A stretch of 64,000 nucleotides of DNA, from positions 1,408,001 to 1,472,000 of the forward strand of contig CAXXNF010000001.1 in the NCBI GenBank assembly GCA_963666365.2, written 5' to 3'. The notes below the pieces were generated by a model. That model searched no databases and was not told the origin of the DNA. It was given only the letters and a program-made list of their open reading frames with translations. Origin of the DNA: Syntrophales bacterium (GTDB taxonomy: Bacteria; Desulfobacterota; Syntrophia; Syntrophales; UBA2210). This document shows positions 1 through 9,385 of the stretch, piece by piece (position 1 is the first letter of the stretch; the number at the start of each line of letters is the position of its first letter). The position numbers were made by a program, and so were the translations under genes.

Positions 1-2
1 AG

Positions 3-188
3 GATCGAAGCGGCAAAATATACACTCTCTATCAAGGATCGGCGATCGGCCTCCTGGGGGGACGGGTGACGGCCATTCTTTCCGACAGGGTTATTGTCGA
101 GCAGATGGAGATGGACGCCTACGGCAAGGAATTAGTGAAACAGATAACGCTCAGGCTGGAAAGAGACGAAGATAGAGGTACATTATGA
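3..188 (+). CDS. pilP: 3' end of type IV pilus assembly protein PilP (truncated by window edge)
   Basis: Frame from base 3 reads DRSGKIYTLYQGSAIGLLGGRVTAILSDRVIVEQ...RGTL*, resembling the PilP C-terminal beta domain; its TGA overlaps the pilQ ATG (ATGA). Confidence 0.75.
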   Translation, partial: DRSGKIYTLYQGSAIGLLGGRVTAILSDRVIVEQMEMDAYGKELVKQITLRLERDEDRGTL

Positions 189-1894
189 AAGTGCGCTACG
201 GAACATATCTGATCATGGCGGCGGCAGCCGCCGCACTTTGTATCATCGCGGGATGCACGGCGGGCAAGGGAGCCGTCAAGGCGTCACCGGTCTTGCAGGG
301 AACCGCGACCGAGGAAAAGGCGGCAGCGCAGCCGGCCGATGTACGCACTCCATCAATCACCGCCGTGACCGCTATTGACTTCCAGCAGTTGACGGGAAAG
401 GAACGCATGGCCGTGAGATATTCAGGGGCGCCGCCGGAGGTGGTACTTTCCCGCAGGGGGGAGAATGTCCTGATTCTACGGATGAAAAATGCGGTGCAGG
501 GCCCTGGAATAAAGGGGAGGTACGAGGCGCCCGACCTTTCAAATCTTAAGCGTGTGGTGCTTGGGTCTCCTCATGGTGACGACAGGGGCGGGGTCGATAT
601 GGAGATCACCCTCGGCGCTATGGCGCCCTACCGCGTGTACAAGGAAGACGGGAGCATTATTGCCGACTTTGACGTGACGGCACTTACCGATTCCCTGAAA
701 GCTCCGCCGGCCGCCGCAGAAACGGTAAAAAGCGAAAGGGCGCCGCAATCCGGCAGTGTTCTGGAGTCCTATCTTGAGCGGGAAGCCGAATCGCTCCTGA
801 AAGAAAAGACCACGCGCTACCAGGGCGAAAAGATGTCCATCAGCTGCCAGGACGCCCCCATCGAAAGCGTGTTCAGACTCATCTCGGAGATCAGCGGGTT
901 CAATATCGTAGCGGGCGCCGGCGTCAACCAGCGGGTGACGCTCAATCTCAACAAGGTTCCCTGGGACCAGGTGCTTGACACGCTCCTGGAGGTGCAGGCC
1001 CTGGGCATGAAAAAGACGGACAAGGTCATTACCGTGCTGCCCCTGGAAAAATTAAAAGAGGCGAAAGAGGAAGAACTGAAGAAAAATGTGGCGGAAGGGC
1101 GGATCCGCCAGATTTCCATAGAAGCCAAAATTGTGGAAGTATCGACCTCCTTTTCGCGTCAATTGGGCGTCAAGTGGGGTTACGGCTATCTGGACACCTG
1201 GAAAGGGCGTGACATCGGGGTTATGATCGGCAATTCGGCTGCGTCGAGCTTTACGGACGTGGCCACGCTCCCCAGCGGCATCGGCATCAGCGGCAGCAAC
1301 ATCGCCGTCAATTTCCCTTCGGCCGCCGCCGCCGCCGGTCCCGCACTGGGCATTATTGCGGGATCGAGCAAATATATTCTCGACGCAAAGCTCGAGGCCC
1401 TGGAGATCAACGGCACGGGTAAAATCATCTCTTCGCCCAAGGTGACCACTGTCGATAATGTAAAGGCGACCATCGGCCAGGGAGAGGAAATCCCCTATGT
1501 GAGCAGGGATGATGACGGCAATCCGGAAGTGGAAATGAAAGATGCCAAACTCGAATTGGTGGTGACGCCCAAGATTACCCCGGAGGGGAAAATTTCCATG
1601 GCCATTCTGGCTTCGAACAAGTATGCCGATTGGGGTAAGACCAATGCAAACAACGAAAATCCGCCTCTCGTCGCCAGCAATGTCGAATCCACGGTGATTG
1701 TCAGCGATGGAGACACCATCGTGATCGGCGGCATATATAAAAGCAGTGAGATCGACGGCGAAAGCGGGGTGCCCTGGGTGTCGAAAATCCCGATCCTGGG
1801 CTGGCTGTTCAAGGAACAGTCAATCGTCAAGGAACAGAGAGAGCTGCTCATTTTCATCACCCCCAAGGTGATCGGTTCCATGACACAGGGCTGA
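185..1894 (+). CDS. pilQ: Type IV pilus secretin PilQ
   Basis: Lipoprotein-like signal (IIAGC), N0-type segment (DAPIESVFRLISEISGFNIV...VPWDQVLD), secretin domain (QISIEAKIVEV, IISSPKVTT, GVPWVSKIPILGWLFK, ELLIFITPKVI); follows pilP. Confidence 0.93.
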   Translation: MKVRYGTYLIMAAAAAALCIIAGCTAGKGAVKASPVLQGTATEEKAAAQPADVRTPSITAVTAIDFQQLTGKERMAVRYSGAPPEVVLSRRGENVLILRMKNAVQGPGIKGRYEAPDLSNLKRVVLGSPHGDDRGGVDMEITLGAMAPYRVYKEDGSIIADFDVTALTDSLKAPPAAAETVKSERAPQSGSVLESYLEREAESLLKEKTTRYQGEKMSISCQDAPIESVFRLISEISGFNIVAGAGVNQRVTLNLNKVPWDQVLDTLLEVQALGMKKTDKVITVLPLEKLKEAKEEELKKNVAEGRIRQISIEAKIVEVSTSFSRQLGVKWGYGYLDTWKGRDIGVMIGNSAASSFTDVATLPSGIGISGSNIAVNFPSAAAAAGPALGIIAGSSKYILDAKLEALEINGTGKIISSPKVTTVDNVKATIGQGEEIPYVSRDDDGNPEVEMKDAKLELVVTPKITPEGKISMAILASNKYADWGKTNANNENPPLVASNVESTVIVSDGDTIVIGGIYKSSEIDGESGVPWVSKIPILGWLFKEQSIVKEQRELLIFITPKVIGSMTQG

Positions 1895-2051
1895 TCGATT
1901 AAAAAGGCAGGTTTCCATCCCGTGAGGGAGTAGGAGGAAGGACTTCCTTTCCGGGACCAGGAGTGACGAGAGATACACCGCACTATCGCGAAGGATGCAT
2001 AGAACAAGAAATACGTCCCGCTGTGACACATAAAAGCTGAAGGAGTTTTCG

Positions 2052-5000
2052 ATGAAACAGTCCCGTAGAAAAAAAGGTTTCATTTTCGCTGTTTTGATCC
2101 TTGCCCTATCTTTTCTTATTTCCTGTGGAGGCGGGGGAGGCGATGGCGGAGCAGCGCCCGCCCCTGTGAAGGCGCCTCTTTCGGGAATATTCAAGAATAG
2201 CCCTGTCCATGGCGCCTTCTACGAAACACTGACACTGACGGGACAAACAAGTGATGCGGGCGCCTTTTCCTACGGAGAGGGAGAGACGGTCACCTTCTAC
2301 GTCGGGAAGATGGGCGGTCTGAAACTGGGAAGCGCCTCGGGCGCCGATGTGTTGACTCCCGTTGACCTTGTGCCGGGTGCCGCCAACGTGCTTTCTCCCC
2401 GTGTGACCAACATTTCCCGGTTACTGCAGACCCTTGACGAGGATGGTGACCTCAGCAACGGTATTAAAATAAATACTGCCTGCAATACCCATATCGCTGC
2501 GTTCATCGCGTCCAATTCTATTGATTTGAGTGATACGGTGGACTTTGAAGCCAAGATGACGGGGCTTCTTGTCACCCTCAATGCCGATCCTGCAGTGTTC
2601 ACGGCGGCGACGCCTCGGACGCTTAAAACCTCCGCTGAAGCGCGGTTGCAACTGGAAACGTCGATGAAGGGGCCTGTTGGTGAAATTCAGGTGACCACGG
2701 GCGCCGAAAGTATCGTTGCCGACGGAAGTAATGCGGTTGCGGTTCAGGCCGCGGTGGCGAATGTGGAGGGAGATGCGCTGATCGGCGTGCCCGTGACGTT
2801 CAGCGCCACCTACGGCGCGTTATCATCATTGACGGCGTATACAAATGCCTATGGCGTCGCTGAGGTCATGCTCACGTCGGGGACGACAACCGGTTCGGCG
2901 GTGGTGACGGCATCGTCGGGTGGTTTTACGGACACCGTTGCCGTGCAGTTTACCTCGGGGGCGCCGGCGGGCGTGACCGTGACGGCGACGCCGTCCACAG
3001 TGAACCCCGGGGGCGCGTCGTCATTGACGGCGCGGGTGGTTGACGGGAACGGGAACGCCGTGGTGGGCGAGACAGTGACCGTTGACATCACGACGAACGC
3101 GAGCGGCGGTTCATTGTCGGCGATCAGCGGGACGACGAACATAAACGGCGACGTGACCGTGACCTACACCGCGGGGAGCGGCACGGGGAACGACGTGATC
3201 CGTTTCCGTGCGGCGAGCAACAACACGGCGGGGACCGTGACGGTGACGGTAGACGCATCGGCGCAGGTGGTGGGTTCTCTTGCCCTGACCACAGGCGCGG
3301 CGAGCATCATCGCGAACGGGACCAGCACCGTGGCGGTGCGGGCGCTGATCGCGGACACAAGTGGATCCGCCCTGAGCGGTGTGACGGTGAACTTCGGCAC
3401 GACGCTGGGGACCCTTTCGGCGGCATCGGCGGCGACGAACGCCTTGGGAGTTGCGGAAGTGACCCTGACGTCGGGCACGGCGGCGGGTACGGCGTCGATT
3501 ACGGCATCAGCAAGCGGCTTTACCGACACCGTTACCGTGCAGTTTACCTCGGGCGCCCCGGCGACAGTGACCGTGACGGCGACGCCGGCGACGGTGAACC
3601 CGGGCGGCGCGTCATCATTGACGGCCCGGGTGATCGACGGGAACGGGAACGCCGTGGTGGGCGAGACAGTGACCGTTGACATCACGACGAACGCGAGCGG
3701 CGGTTCATTGTCGGCGATAAGCGGGACGACGAACGTGAACGGCGACGTGACCGTGACCTACACGGCGGGGAGCGGCACAGGGAACGACATCATCCGTTTC
3801 CGTGCGGCGAGCAACAACACGGCGGGGACGGCGACGGTAACGGTTGACGCGTCGGCGCAGGTGGTGGGTTCTCTTGCCCTGACCACAGGCGCGGCGAGCA
3901 TCATCGCGAACGGGACCAGCACCGTGGCGGTGCGGGCGCTGATCGCGGACACAAGCGGATCCGCCCTGAGCGGCGTGACGGTGAACTTCGGCACGACGCT
4001 GGGGACCCTTTCGGCGGCATCGGCGGTGACGAACGCCTCGGGGATCGCGGAAGTGACCCTGACGTCGGGGACGGCGGCAGGGACGGCGGTGATAACGGCG
4101 TCAGCAAGCGGTTTTACGGACACCATTACCGTGCAGTGTACCTCGGGGGCGCCGGCGGGTGTGACCGTGACGGCGACGCCGTCGACGGTGAACCCGGGGG
4201 GCGCGTCATCATTGACGGCCCGGGTGGTTGACGGGAACGGGAATGCCGTGGTGGGCGAGACGGTGACCGTGGACATCACGATGAACGCGAGCGGTGGCGC
4301 CCTGTCGGCGATAAGCGGGACGACGAACGTGAACGGCGACGTGACCGTGACCTACACGGCGGGGAGCGGCACGGGGAACGACATCATCCGTTTCCGTGCG
4401 GCGAGTAACAACACGGCGGGTACGGCGACGGTGACGGTAGACGCGTCGGCGCAGGTGGTGGGTTCTCTTTCCCTTTCGACGGGCGCGGCGAGCATCATCG
4501 CGAACGGGACCAGCACCGCGGCGGTGCGTGCGGAAGTAAGGGATTCGGAAGGCGTTGCGCTGAGCGGCGTGACGGTGAACTTCGGCACGACGCTGGGGAC
4601 CCTTTCGGCGGCATCGGCGGCGACGAACGCCTCGGGGATCGCGGAAGTGACCCTGACGTCGGGGGCTGCGGCGGGGACGGCGGTGATAACGGCGTCGGCA
4701 AGCGGTTTTACGGACACCATTACCGTGCAGTTCACCTCGGGGGTGCCGGCGGGTGTGACCGTGACGGCGACGCCGTCGACGGTGAACCCGGGGGGCGCGT
4801 CGTCATTGACGGCCCGCGTGGTTGACGGGAACGGGAACGCCGTCGTGGGCGAGACGGTGACCGTGGATATCACGACGAACGCGAGCGGTGGCGCCCTGTC
4901 GGCGATAAGCGGGACGACGAACGTGAACGGCGACGTGACCGTGACCTACACGGCAGGGAGCGGTACGGGGAACGACGTGATCCGTTTACGCGCGGCGAGC

Positions 5001-7937
5001 AACAACACGGCGGGGACCGTGACGGTGACGGTAGACGCCTCGGCGCAGGTGGTGGGTTCTCTTTCACTGAGCACGGGCGCGGCAAGCATCATAGCGAATG
5101 GGACAAGCACCGTGGCGGTGCGGGCGCTGATCGAGGACACAAGCGGATCCGTCCTGAGCGGCGTGACGGTGAACTTCGGCACGACGCTGGGGACCCTTTC
5201 GGCGGCATCGGCGGCGACGACCGCCTCGGGAATCGCCGAAGTGACCCTGACGTCGGGGACTGCGGCGGGGACGGCGGTGATAACGGCGTCGGCAAGCGGT
5301 TTTACGGACACCGTGGACGTGCAGTGTACCTCGGGGGCGCCGGCGGGCGTGACCGTGACGGCGACGCCGTCGACGGTGAACCCGGGGGGCGCGTCGTCAT
5401 TGACGGCCCGCGTGGTTGACGGGAACGGGAACGCCGTGGTAGGCGAGTCGGTGACCGTGGACATCACGACGAACGCGAGCGGTGGCGCCCTGTCGGCGAT
5501 AAGCGGGACGACGAACATAAACGGCGACGTGACCGTGACCTATACGGCGGGGAGCGGCACAGGGAACGACGTGATCCGGTTCCGTGCGGTGAGCAACAAC
5601 ACCGTGGGGACCGTGACGGTAACGGTTGACGCGGGAGCGCAGGCAGCTCTCATTAAGCTCAGTGCATTGCCTCTTGCTGTTCGATCGGACAATTCGAACA
5701 GCGCCACGATTACGGCAACGGTTCTGGACAGTAAAAATGCCGTTGTGGAGGGGCTGACCGTGCAATTCGAGGCGACCGGCGGGCAGATAAGCGCCTCGTC
5801 GGCCGTGACCGATGCGCAGGGTGAAGCCACCGTCACCTTTTCCGCCGGAACGGTGGATCCGAGCAATCAGGTAGCGACCGTCACCGGCAGGGTGTCGACG
5901 CTGTCATCCATGGTGCCGGTCCGGATTGAGGGTTCCACCGTGGAGATGGAACATACGACACTGACTATCTACGATGACGGCAGTACGAAGGATACGCTTA
6001 AGGTGACGGCGCGCGATGCCGCTTCAAATCCGGTCTATGGCGTTTCCGTGACCCTTACCGTGATGCCGGGCACAGGGAACGCCACGGTGACGCCCGCGTC
6101 AGGGACGACGGACGTATATGGAGAATTTACGGCGACCGTCACGGGCACACTGGCGGGCGATGTGACAGTGGAGGCGACGGCACTGGGGGATACCGCCGAG
6201 AAGACCTATGACGTCATCGCCTCCGGCACGCCGGTGTTTGAGATTACCTCGCCACCACCGGAAGATCCTGATGATCCGAAGCCCTACGCCATGAAAACCA
6301 GCGATCCCCCTCTTTCCGTGACGGCCCAGGCGCCGGGACTTGCAACGGTCCGTTTTGCCACGTCGCTGGGAATTCTCACCAACACGGCGCTTGCGGCGGG
6401 TAACGTGGTTGACGAGCCGGTAGTGGGCGGTATCGCAACGGTGACCTTTACCCCGACCGAAGCGGGGCTTGCCCTGATACAGGCCTTCGATCCGGATGAC
6501 CCTGATACGAGGGACACACGACGCATCGCCATAACGGCGCCGGTCGGAGCTGCCGCCTTTATAAACCTGCAGCCGAGCGCCACCGTGGTGGCCCGGAATC
6601 TCACCGAAATGACCAATACCGTCACGATCAAGGCGACGGTCATGACCACGGAAGCCACGGGCTACCAGGTGGTAAAAGACGCCCCGGTGTTCTTTTCCCT
6701 GGAAAATCCAGCCGGCGGCGGCGAGGGGGTTTCCCCCGTCGTGGTCTATACCGATGACAAGGGTGAGGCGAAAACCACCTTCACCTCGGGGAAGCTGAGT
6801 TCGATGACGCCGGTGGTGGTGGCGGCCCGTGTCCTGGATGAAGGATCGACGGGACCGCTGGCGAACGTGATTTCGTTCAATGACAACAATCCGGCGGCAG
6901 ATACCATTACCCGCGCCGACGGCGGATCATTCGTGGGCGATGGCTTCGAAGCAGGTGAGAAGATCCGGGTGAAGGGTTCGCAGAGCAATGACGGGACGTA
7001 TATAATCGAGACCGTCGCCGTGAATACCTTGACCCTCAAGGATGGCGAGTCGCTGGCGACGGAAGCCGCCGCGGCCGGGGTGACGGTGACGATTCTTGCC
7101 GTGGCCGACAGTACGGAAATTACCATCGGGGGGACGGCCGGAGCGGTGGTGATCGGTGTCGGGACGGTGATTGAGGCGCCCGATCCCGCCTATTATAAAC
7201 TTCCCATGGCGGTCCAGGTGGCAGATCACAACGGGCAGGGGATAAAAGATGCGGTGGTCACACTGAATCTGTGGCCGGCATTTTATCGCACCGGCGGCTG
7301 GTACGATGAAGATCCGAAAGGGGATATTTCCTATGCATCCTACGTGTCGGGCACCTTTGCCAACGAGGATGTCAATGAAAATCTCATTATGGAGCCGGGG
7401 GAGGATGTCAATGGCGACGATTTCCTGACGCCGCCCAACAGTGCCGGGGGGAGTGTGCCCCCCACTGTTACCACGGATGAAAACGGCGTGGTCACCTTTG
7501 AACTGGTCTATCTGAAAACCAACGGCAGGTGGATTACCGATCGCATTACCGCGAGCACCGTGGTCCTGGGGACGCAGGTCTCCTCTCAACGGTATGTGCC
7601 GCTTCAGATCCTCGAATCGGATGTGACCTCGGGCGATCTGCCGGCCACCTCGCCCAATGCGCCCTACCCGCTGCAGTTCAAGATCCCCGTAGGGGGAACT
7701 ACGGTGCCCCATCGATTCCCCGTGTTCAGAGGGACGATCGATGCGACCCATGATGATACCTATACGGCATCGGAGGGGTCCACGGTGGGCAACGTCTACA
7801 CCTTTACCGATCCGGGCGGGCATGCAAGCGGGGACGTGATCGAGGATACTGTGACCATTTCAGGATGGGTGCTTGACGATGAAGGAAATTTAGGCAAGGT
7901 GTACCGCTTCGAGCCGGTATTTATCGTCATAGAGTAG
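2052..7937 (+). CDS. Large surface lipoprotein with tandem invasin/intimin-type Ig-like (Big_1) domains, putative adhesin
   Basis: SD (aaggag), signal peptide ending LISC followed by GGGGG, repeated Big_1-like motifs (IIANGTSTVAVRA...GVTVNFGTTLGTLS...TNASGIAEVTLTS), Ca-binding-like NEDVNENLIMEPGEDVNGDD near the C-terminus. Confidence 0.88.
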   Translation: MKQSRRKKGFIFAVLILALSFLISCGGGGGDGGAAPAPVKAPLSGIFKNSPVHGAFYETLTLTGQTSDAGAFSYGEGETVTFYVGKMGGLKLGSASGADVLTPVDLVPGAANVLSPRVTNISRLLQTLDEDGDLSNGIKINTACNTHIAAFIASNSIDLSDTVDFEAKMTGLLVTLNADPAVFTAATPRTLKTSAEARLQLETSMKGPVGEIQVTTGAESIVADGSNAVAVQAAVANVEGDALIGVPVTFSATYGALSSLTAYTNAYGVAEVMLTSGTTTGSAVVTASSGGFTDTVAVQFTSGAPAGVTVTATPSTVNPGGASSLTARVVDGNGNAVVGETVTVDITTNASGGSLSAISGTTNINGDVTVTYTAGSGTGNDVIRFRAASNNTAGTVTVTVDASAQVVGSLALTTGAASIIANGTSTVAVRALIADTSGSALSGVTVNFGTTLGTLSAASAATNALGVAEVTLTSGTAAGTASITASASGFTDTVTVQFTSGAPATVTVTATPATVNPGGASSLTARVIDGNGNAVVGETVTVDITTNASGGSLSAISGTTNVNGDVTVTYTAGSGTGNDIIRFRAASNNTAGTATVTVDASAQVVGSLALTTGAASIIANGTSTVAVRALIADTSGSALSGVTVNFGTTLGTLSAASAVTNASGIAEVTLTSGTAAGTAVITASASGFTDTITVQCTSGAPAGVTVTATPSTVNPGGASSLTARVVDGNGNAVVGETVTVDITMNASGGALSAISGTTNVNGDVTVTYTAGSGTGNDIIRFRAASNNTAGTATVTVDASAQVVGSLSLSTGAASIIANGTSTAAVRAEVRDSEGVALSGVTVNFGTTLGTLSAASAATNASGIAEVTLTSGAAAGTAVITASASGFTDTITVQFTSGVPAGVTVTATPSTVNPGGASSLTARVVDGNGNAVVGETVTVDITTNASGGALSAISGTTNVNGDVTVTYTAGSGTGNDVIRLRAASNNTAGTVTVTVDASAQVVGSLSLSTGAASIIANGTSTVAVRALIEDTSGSVLSGVTVNFGTTLGTLSAASAATTASGIAEVTLTSGTAAGTAVITASASGFTDTVDVQCTSGAPAGVTVTATPSTVNPGGASSLTARVVDGNGNAVVGESVTVDITTNASGGALSAISGTTNINGDVTVTYTAGSGTGNDVIRFRAVSNNTVGTVTVTVDAGAQAALIKLSALPLAVRSDNSNSATITATVLDSKNAVVEGLTVQFEATGGQISASSAVTDAQGEATVTFSAGTVDPSNQVATVTGRVSTLSSMVPVRIEGSTVEMEHTTLTIYDDGSTKDTLKVTARDAASNPVYGVSVTLTVMPGTGNATVTPASGTTDVYGEFTATVTGTLAGDVTVEATALGDTAEKTYDVIASGTPVFEITSPPPEDPDDPKPYAMKTSDPPLSVTAQAPGLATVRFATSLGILTNTALAAGNVVDEPVVGGIATVTFTPTEAGLALIQAFDPDDPDTRDTRRIAITAPVGAAAFINLQPSATVVARNLTEMTNTVTIKATVMTTEATGYQVVKDAPVFFSLENPAGGGEGVSPVVVYTDDKGEAKTTFTSGKLSSMTPVVVAARVLDEGSTGPLANVISFNDNNPAADTITRADGGSFVGDGFEAGEKIRVKGSQSNDGTYIIETVAVNTLTLKDGESLATEAAAAGVTVTILAVADSTEITIGGTAGAVVIGVGTVIEAPDPAYYKLPMAVQVADHNGQGIKDAVVTLNLWPAFYRTGGWYDEDPKGDISYASYVSGTFANEDVNENLIMEPGEDVNGDDFLTPPNSAGGSVPPTVTTDENGVVTFELVYLKTNGRWITDRITASTVVLGTQVSSQRYVPLQILESDVTSGDLPATSPNAPYPLQFKIPVGGTTVPHRFPVFRGTIDATHDDTYTASEGSTVGNVYTFTDPGGHASGDVIEDTVTISGWVLDDEGNLGKVYRFEPVFIVIE
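2672..5641 (+). repeat. Intragenic tandem repeat, five units of 594 bp (198 aa, two Ig-like domains per unit)
   Basis: Anchor caggtggtgggttctctt recurs near 3264, 3858, 4452 and 5046 at 594-bp spacing; unit 1 is diverged in its first half, units 2-5 are near-identical. Confidence 0.93.
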
Positions 7938-7962
7938 ACAGGAAGTTTTGCCACACCGCAGG

Positions 7963-8005
7963 GGCTGAGGGTGCTGTGCCGGGACAACGGCACAGGCCTT
8001 CAGCC
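7963..8005 (+). terminator. Long GC-rich stem-loop after the adhesin gene (possible terminator or mRNA stabiliser)
   Basis: ggctgagg..ctgtgccg-ggacaa-cggcacag..ccttcagcc; U-tract is poor. Confidence 0.4.
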
Positions 8006-8043
8006 TTCGGTCTTGTGCTTTGATGCCTCCACAGGGTGCCGCA

Positions 8044-8568
8044 ATGAAAAAATTCACTGTGACGGTTCTCCTTCTTCTTGCGTGTCTGGTCGCTTCCACC
8101 TGTGCCGACGCTGCCTGGCGTGTGGTGCTGAAAAACGGCGGAGAATTCACCACGCTCCGCTACTGGAAGGAGGGGGGAGAGGTCAGATGGTACATCCGGG
8201 GTATGGTGGTGGGGGTAAAACACTATGCGGTCCGGAAGATCGAGCAGACGCCCTGGGAGTACGTCGCTTTCGAAACGCCCCGACCGAAAAAAGAAGACGT
8301 GCCTGCAGTGGCAAAAGAAACGCCTCCTCCTCCGCAGGGACAGGTCGATATCAAAGCGTACAGAAAAAAGAAGGAACAGCTGGGAGGCGCGCTTGAACTG
8401 GCGATGAGCAGGGTGCATGCGGCAACGAAAAAGGGGGATCATAAAGCGAAGGAGCGGGCGCAGAGGGAAGTGAAAAAGATATCCGCCGAGATTTATGATC
8501 TTACCGATGAAGTAAAAAAGGCCAACAAAGGATCGCTTCCCGAGGATTGGTGGGAGAAAAAGCACTAA
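8044..8568 (+). CDS. Secreted hypothetical protein (paralog of 8624..9259)
   Basis: Signal peptide MKKFTVTVLLLLA...ADA; LKNGG motif, Pro-rich linker, coiled-coil C-terminus ending NKGSLPEDWW. Start placed at ATG 8044. Confidence 0.7.
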   Translation: MKKFTVTVLLLLACLVASTCADAAWRVVLKNGGEFTTLRYWKEGGEVRWYIRGMVVGVKHYAVRKIEQTPWEYVAFETPRPKKEDVPAVAKETPPPPQGQVDIKAYRKKKEQLGGALELAMSRVHAATKKGDHKAKERAQREVKKISAEIYDLTDEVKKANKGSLPEDWWEKKH

Positions 8569-8623
8569 TAACAATGACGTTGCGAAACTCACAGTCTCCT
8601 TTGGCGGCAGGGATGCGGGAGCC

Positions 8624-9259
8624 ATGAAACAACATATCCTGTTCGCTGTGCTCATGCTGACGGTGCTTATGGCGCCCGTGGCAGGGTGGAGCGATTATAT
8701 TATTCACCTGAAAAACGGGGGCCGGCTTACGACCCCTCACTATTGGCGGGAAGGCGGGGAAACCCTGTTGTACACCGACGGCTGCGTCGTGGGAATGGAA
8801 ACGCGCGCCATCCGGCGGATTGAAAAAACGGAGGAAGTGTTCCGGCGCACACCGCCCGTGCCGGCGCCGGTATCCGTCCCTGAAGCGGTGAAAGAAAGTG
8901 CCGATGCAGAAAAGGGTGAACAAAGTGGCGAGAAACCCGCAAAAGAAGAACGGCTGGACATCGAGGCCTATCAGAAAAAAATGGAGGCGCTGAAAGCGCG
9001 GTTGAACAGCACGCTGCCCCGCATCAGGGAGGCGGCGCTCGCCAGGGACGAGGAGGCGCTCAAGGCGGCGCGGGAGGAAAACCGCACGATTTCAGACGAA
9101 ATGCAACGGCTTACGGAGGAGCTCAAGGAGAAAAACAAAGGGCAGCTTCCCGCCGGATGGTGGCAGGGGATAGGAGCAACGGAACCTGCTGTAAAAAATA
9201 AGACGTACTCCCGTCACAACGACGAAATCTTTGCACACATCCCTTTTCTGTTGAGCTGA
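8624..9259 (+). CDS. Secreted hypothetical protein (paralog of 8044..8568)
   Basis: SD gggag; signal peptide; shares LKNGG-x2-TT-x2-YW-x-EGGE and NKG-x-LP-x2-WW with the upstream gene. Confidence 0.72.
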   Translation: MKQHILFAVLMLTVLMAPVAGWSDYIIHLKNGGRLTTPHYWREGGETLLYTDGCVVGMETRAIRRIEKTEEVFRRTPPVPAPVSVPEAVKESADAEKGEQSGEKPAKEERLDIEAYQKKMEALKARLNSTLPRIREAALARDEEALKAAREENRTISDEMQRLTEELKEKNKGQLPAGWWQGIGATEPAVKNKTYSRHNDEIFAHIPFLLS

Positions 9260-9260
9260 A

Positions 9261-9365
9261 CGTGACCCGGAATTCAGAACGTGCTTGGAAAAAACTGGAT
9301 ACCTGCCGGACTTGATCCGGGATCTGCCGGTATGGCGACATTGATGATTCTATAAGGTTCTGCAC
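9261..9365. repeat. Degenerate REP/MITE-like palindromic element (same family as 16305..16444)
   Basis: gtgacccggaattcagaa...ctggatacc...gccggtatg...ttgatgatt.tat..gttctgca aligns by eye with the 16.3-kb copy. Confidence 0.7.
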
Positions 9366-9385
9366 ACCAGATCGCACGACGGCTT

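Noticed and set aside
2849..5866. Repeated 173-aa minus-strand ORFs
   Set aside because: Antisense shadows of the Ig-repeat gene recurring with the 594-bp period
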